Source of the DNA: an uncultured Methanolobus sp.
Lineage (GTDB): Archaea > Halobacteriota > Methanosarcinia > Methanosarcinales > Methanosarcinaceae
Direction of reading: 5' to 3'
Assembly: GCA_963675495.1 (NCBI GenBank)
Contig: OY776215.1
Span: 2,784,001 to 2,848,000 of the forward strand
DNA length: 64,000 nt
The notes beneath the pieces were generated by a model, which was not told the DNA's origin, searched no databases, and saw only the letters and a program-made list of their open reading frames with translations. Positions 63,995 through 64,000 of this stretch are shown here, in pieces (within the stretch, counting starts at the first letter, position 1; each line of letters opens with the position of its first letter). Position numbers and translations under genes: made by a program.

Positions 63995-64000
63995 GCCGTA

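Overview
Chromosomal window from a methylotrophic methanogenic archaeon. Methanosarcinaceae, possibly Methanolobus-like, is inferred from gene content: bacterial-type gyrAB, Msr regulator, Mts/MtaA/RamA corrinoid genes, aTrm56, AMP phosphorylase and a PGF-CTERM protein. The main feature is a 13.6-kb co-directional methyl-transfer locus (5793-19371). It holds an H-box-less PAS/GAF sensor kinase (MsmS/RdmS type), an Msr regulator, an Mts-type corrinoid-methyltransferase fusion, an orphan hydantoinase-A-like ATPase, a divergent group II chaperonin, two more MtaA/UroD-fold methyltransferases, a RamA-type activase and a small Cys-rich protein, with repeated operator-like palindromes and a structured intercistronic leader. 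The rest is housekeeping and accessory genes: pdxS, gyrBA, metY-metX, a MoxR/VWA operon, pheA, surface proteins, tRNA-Ser(UGA) and two canonical PAS kinases. Non-coding finds include two similar promoter-preceded hairpins with C-rich ACCA/CCAACCA loops (candidate sRNA family), a GC-rich nested-stem element, two microsatellites, an apparent frameshift at the metX start and a small pseudogene. All calls come from motif recognition by eye; no database searches were run.
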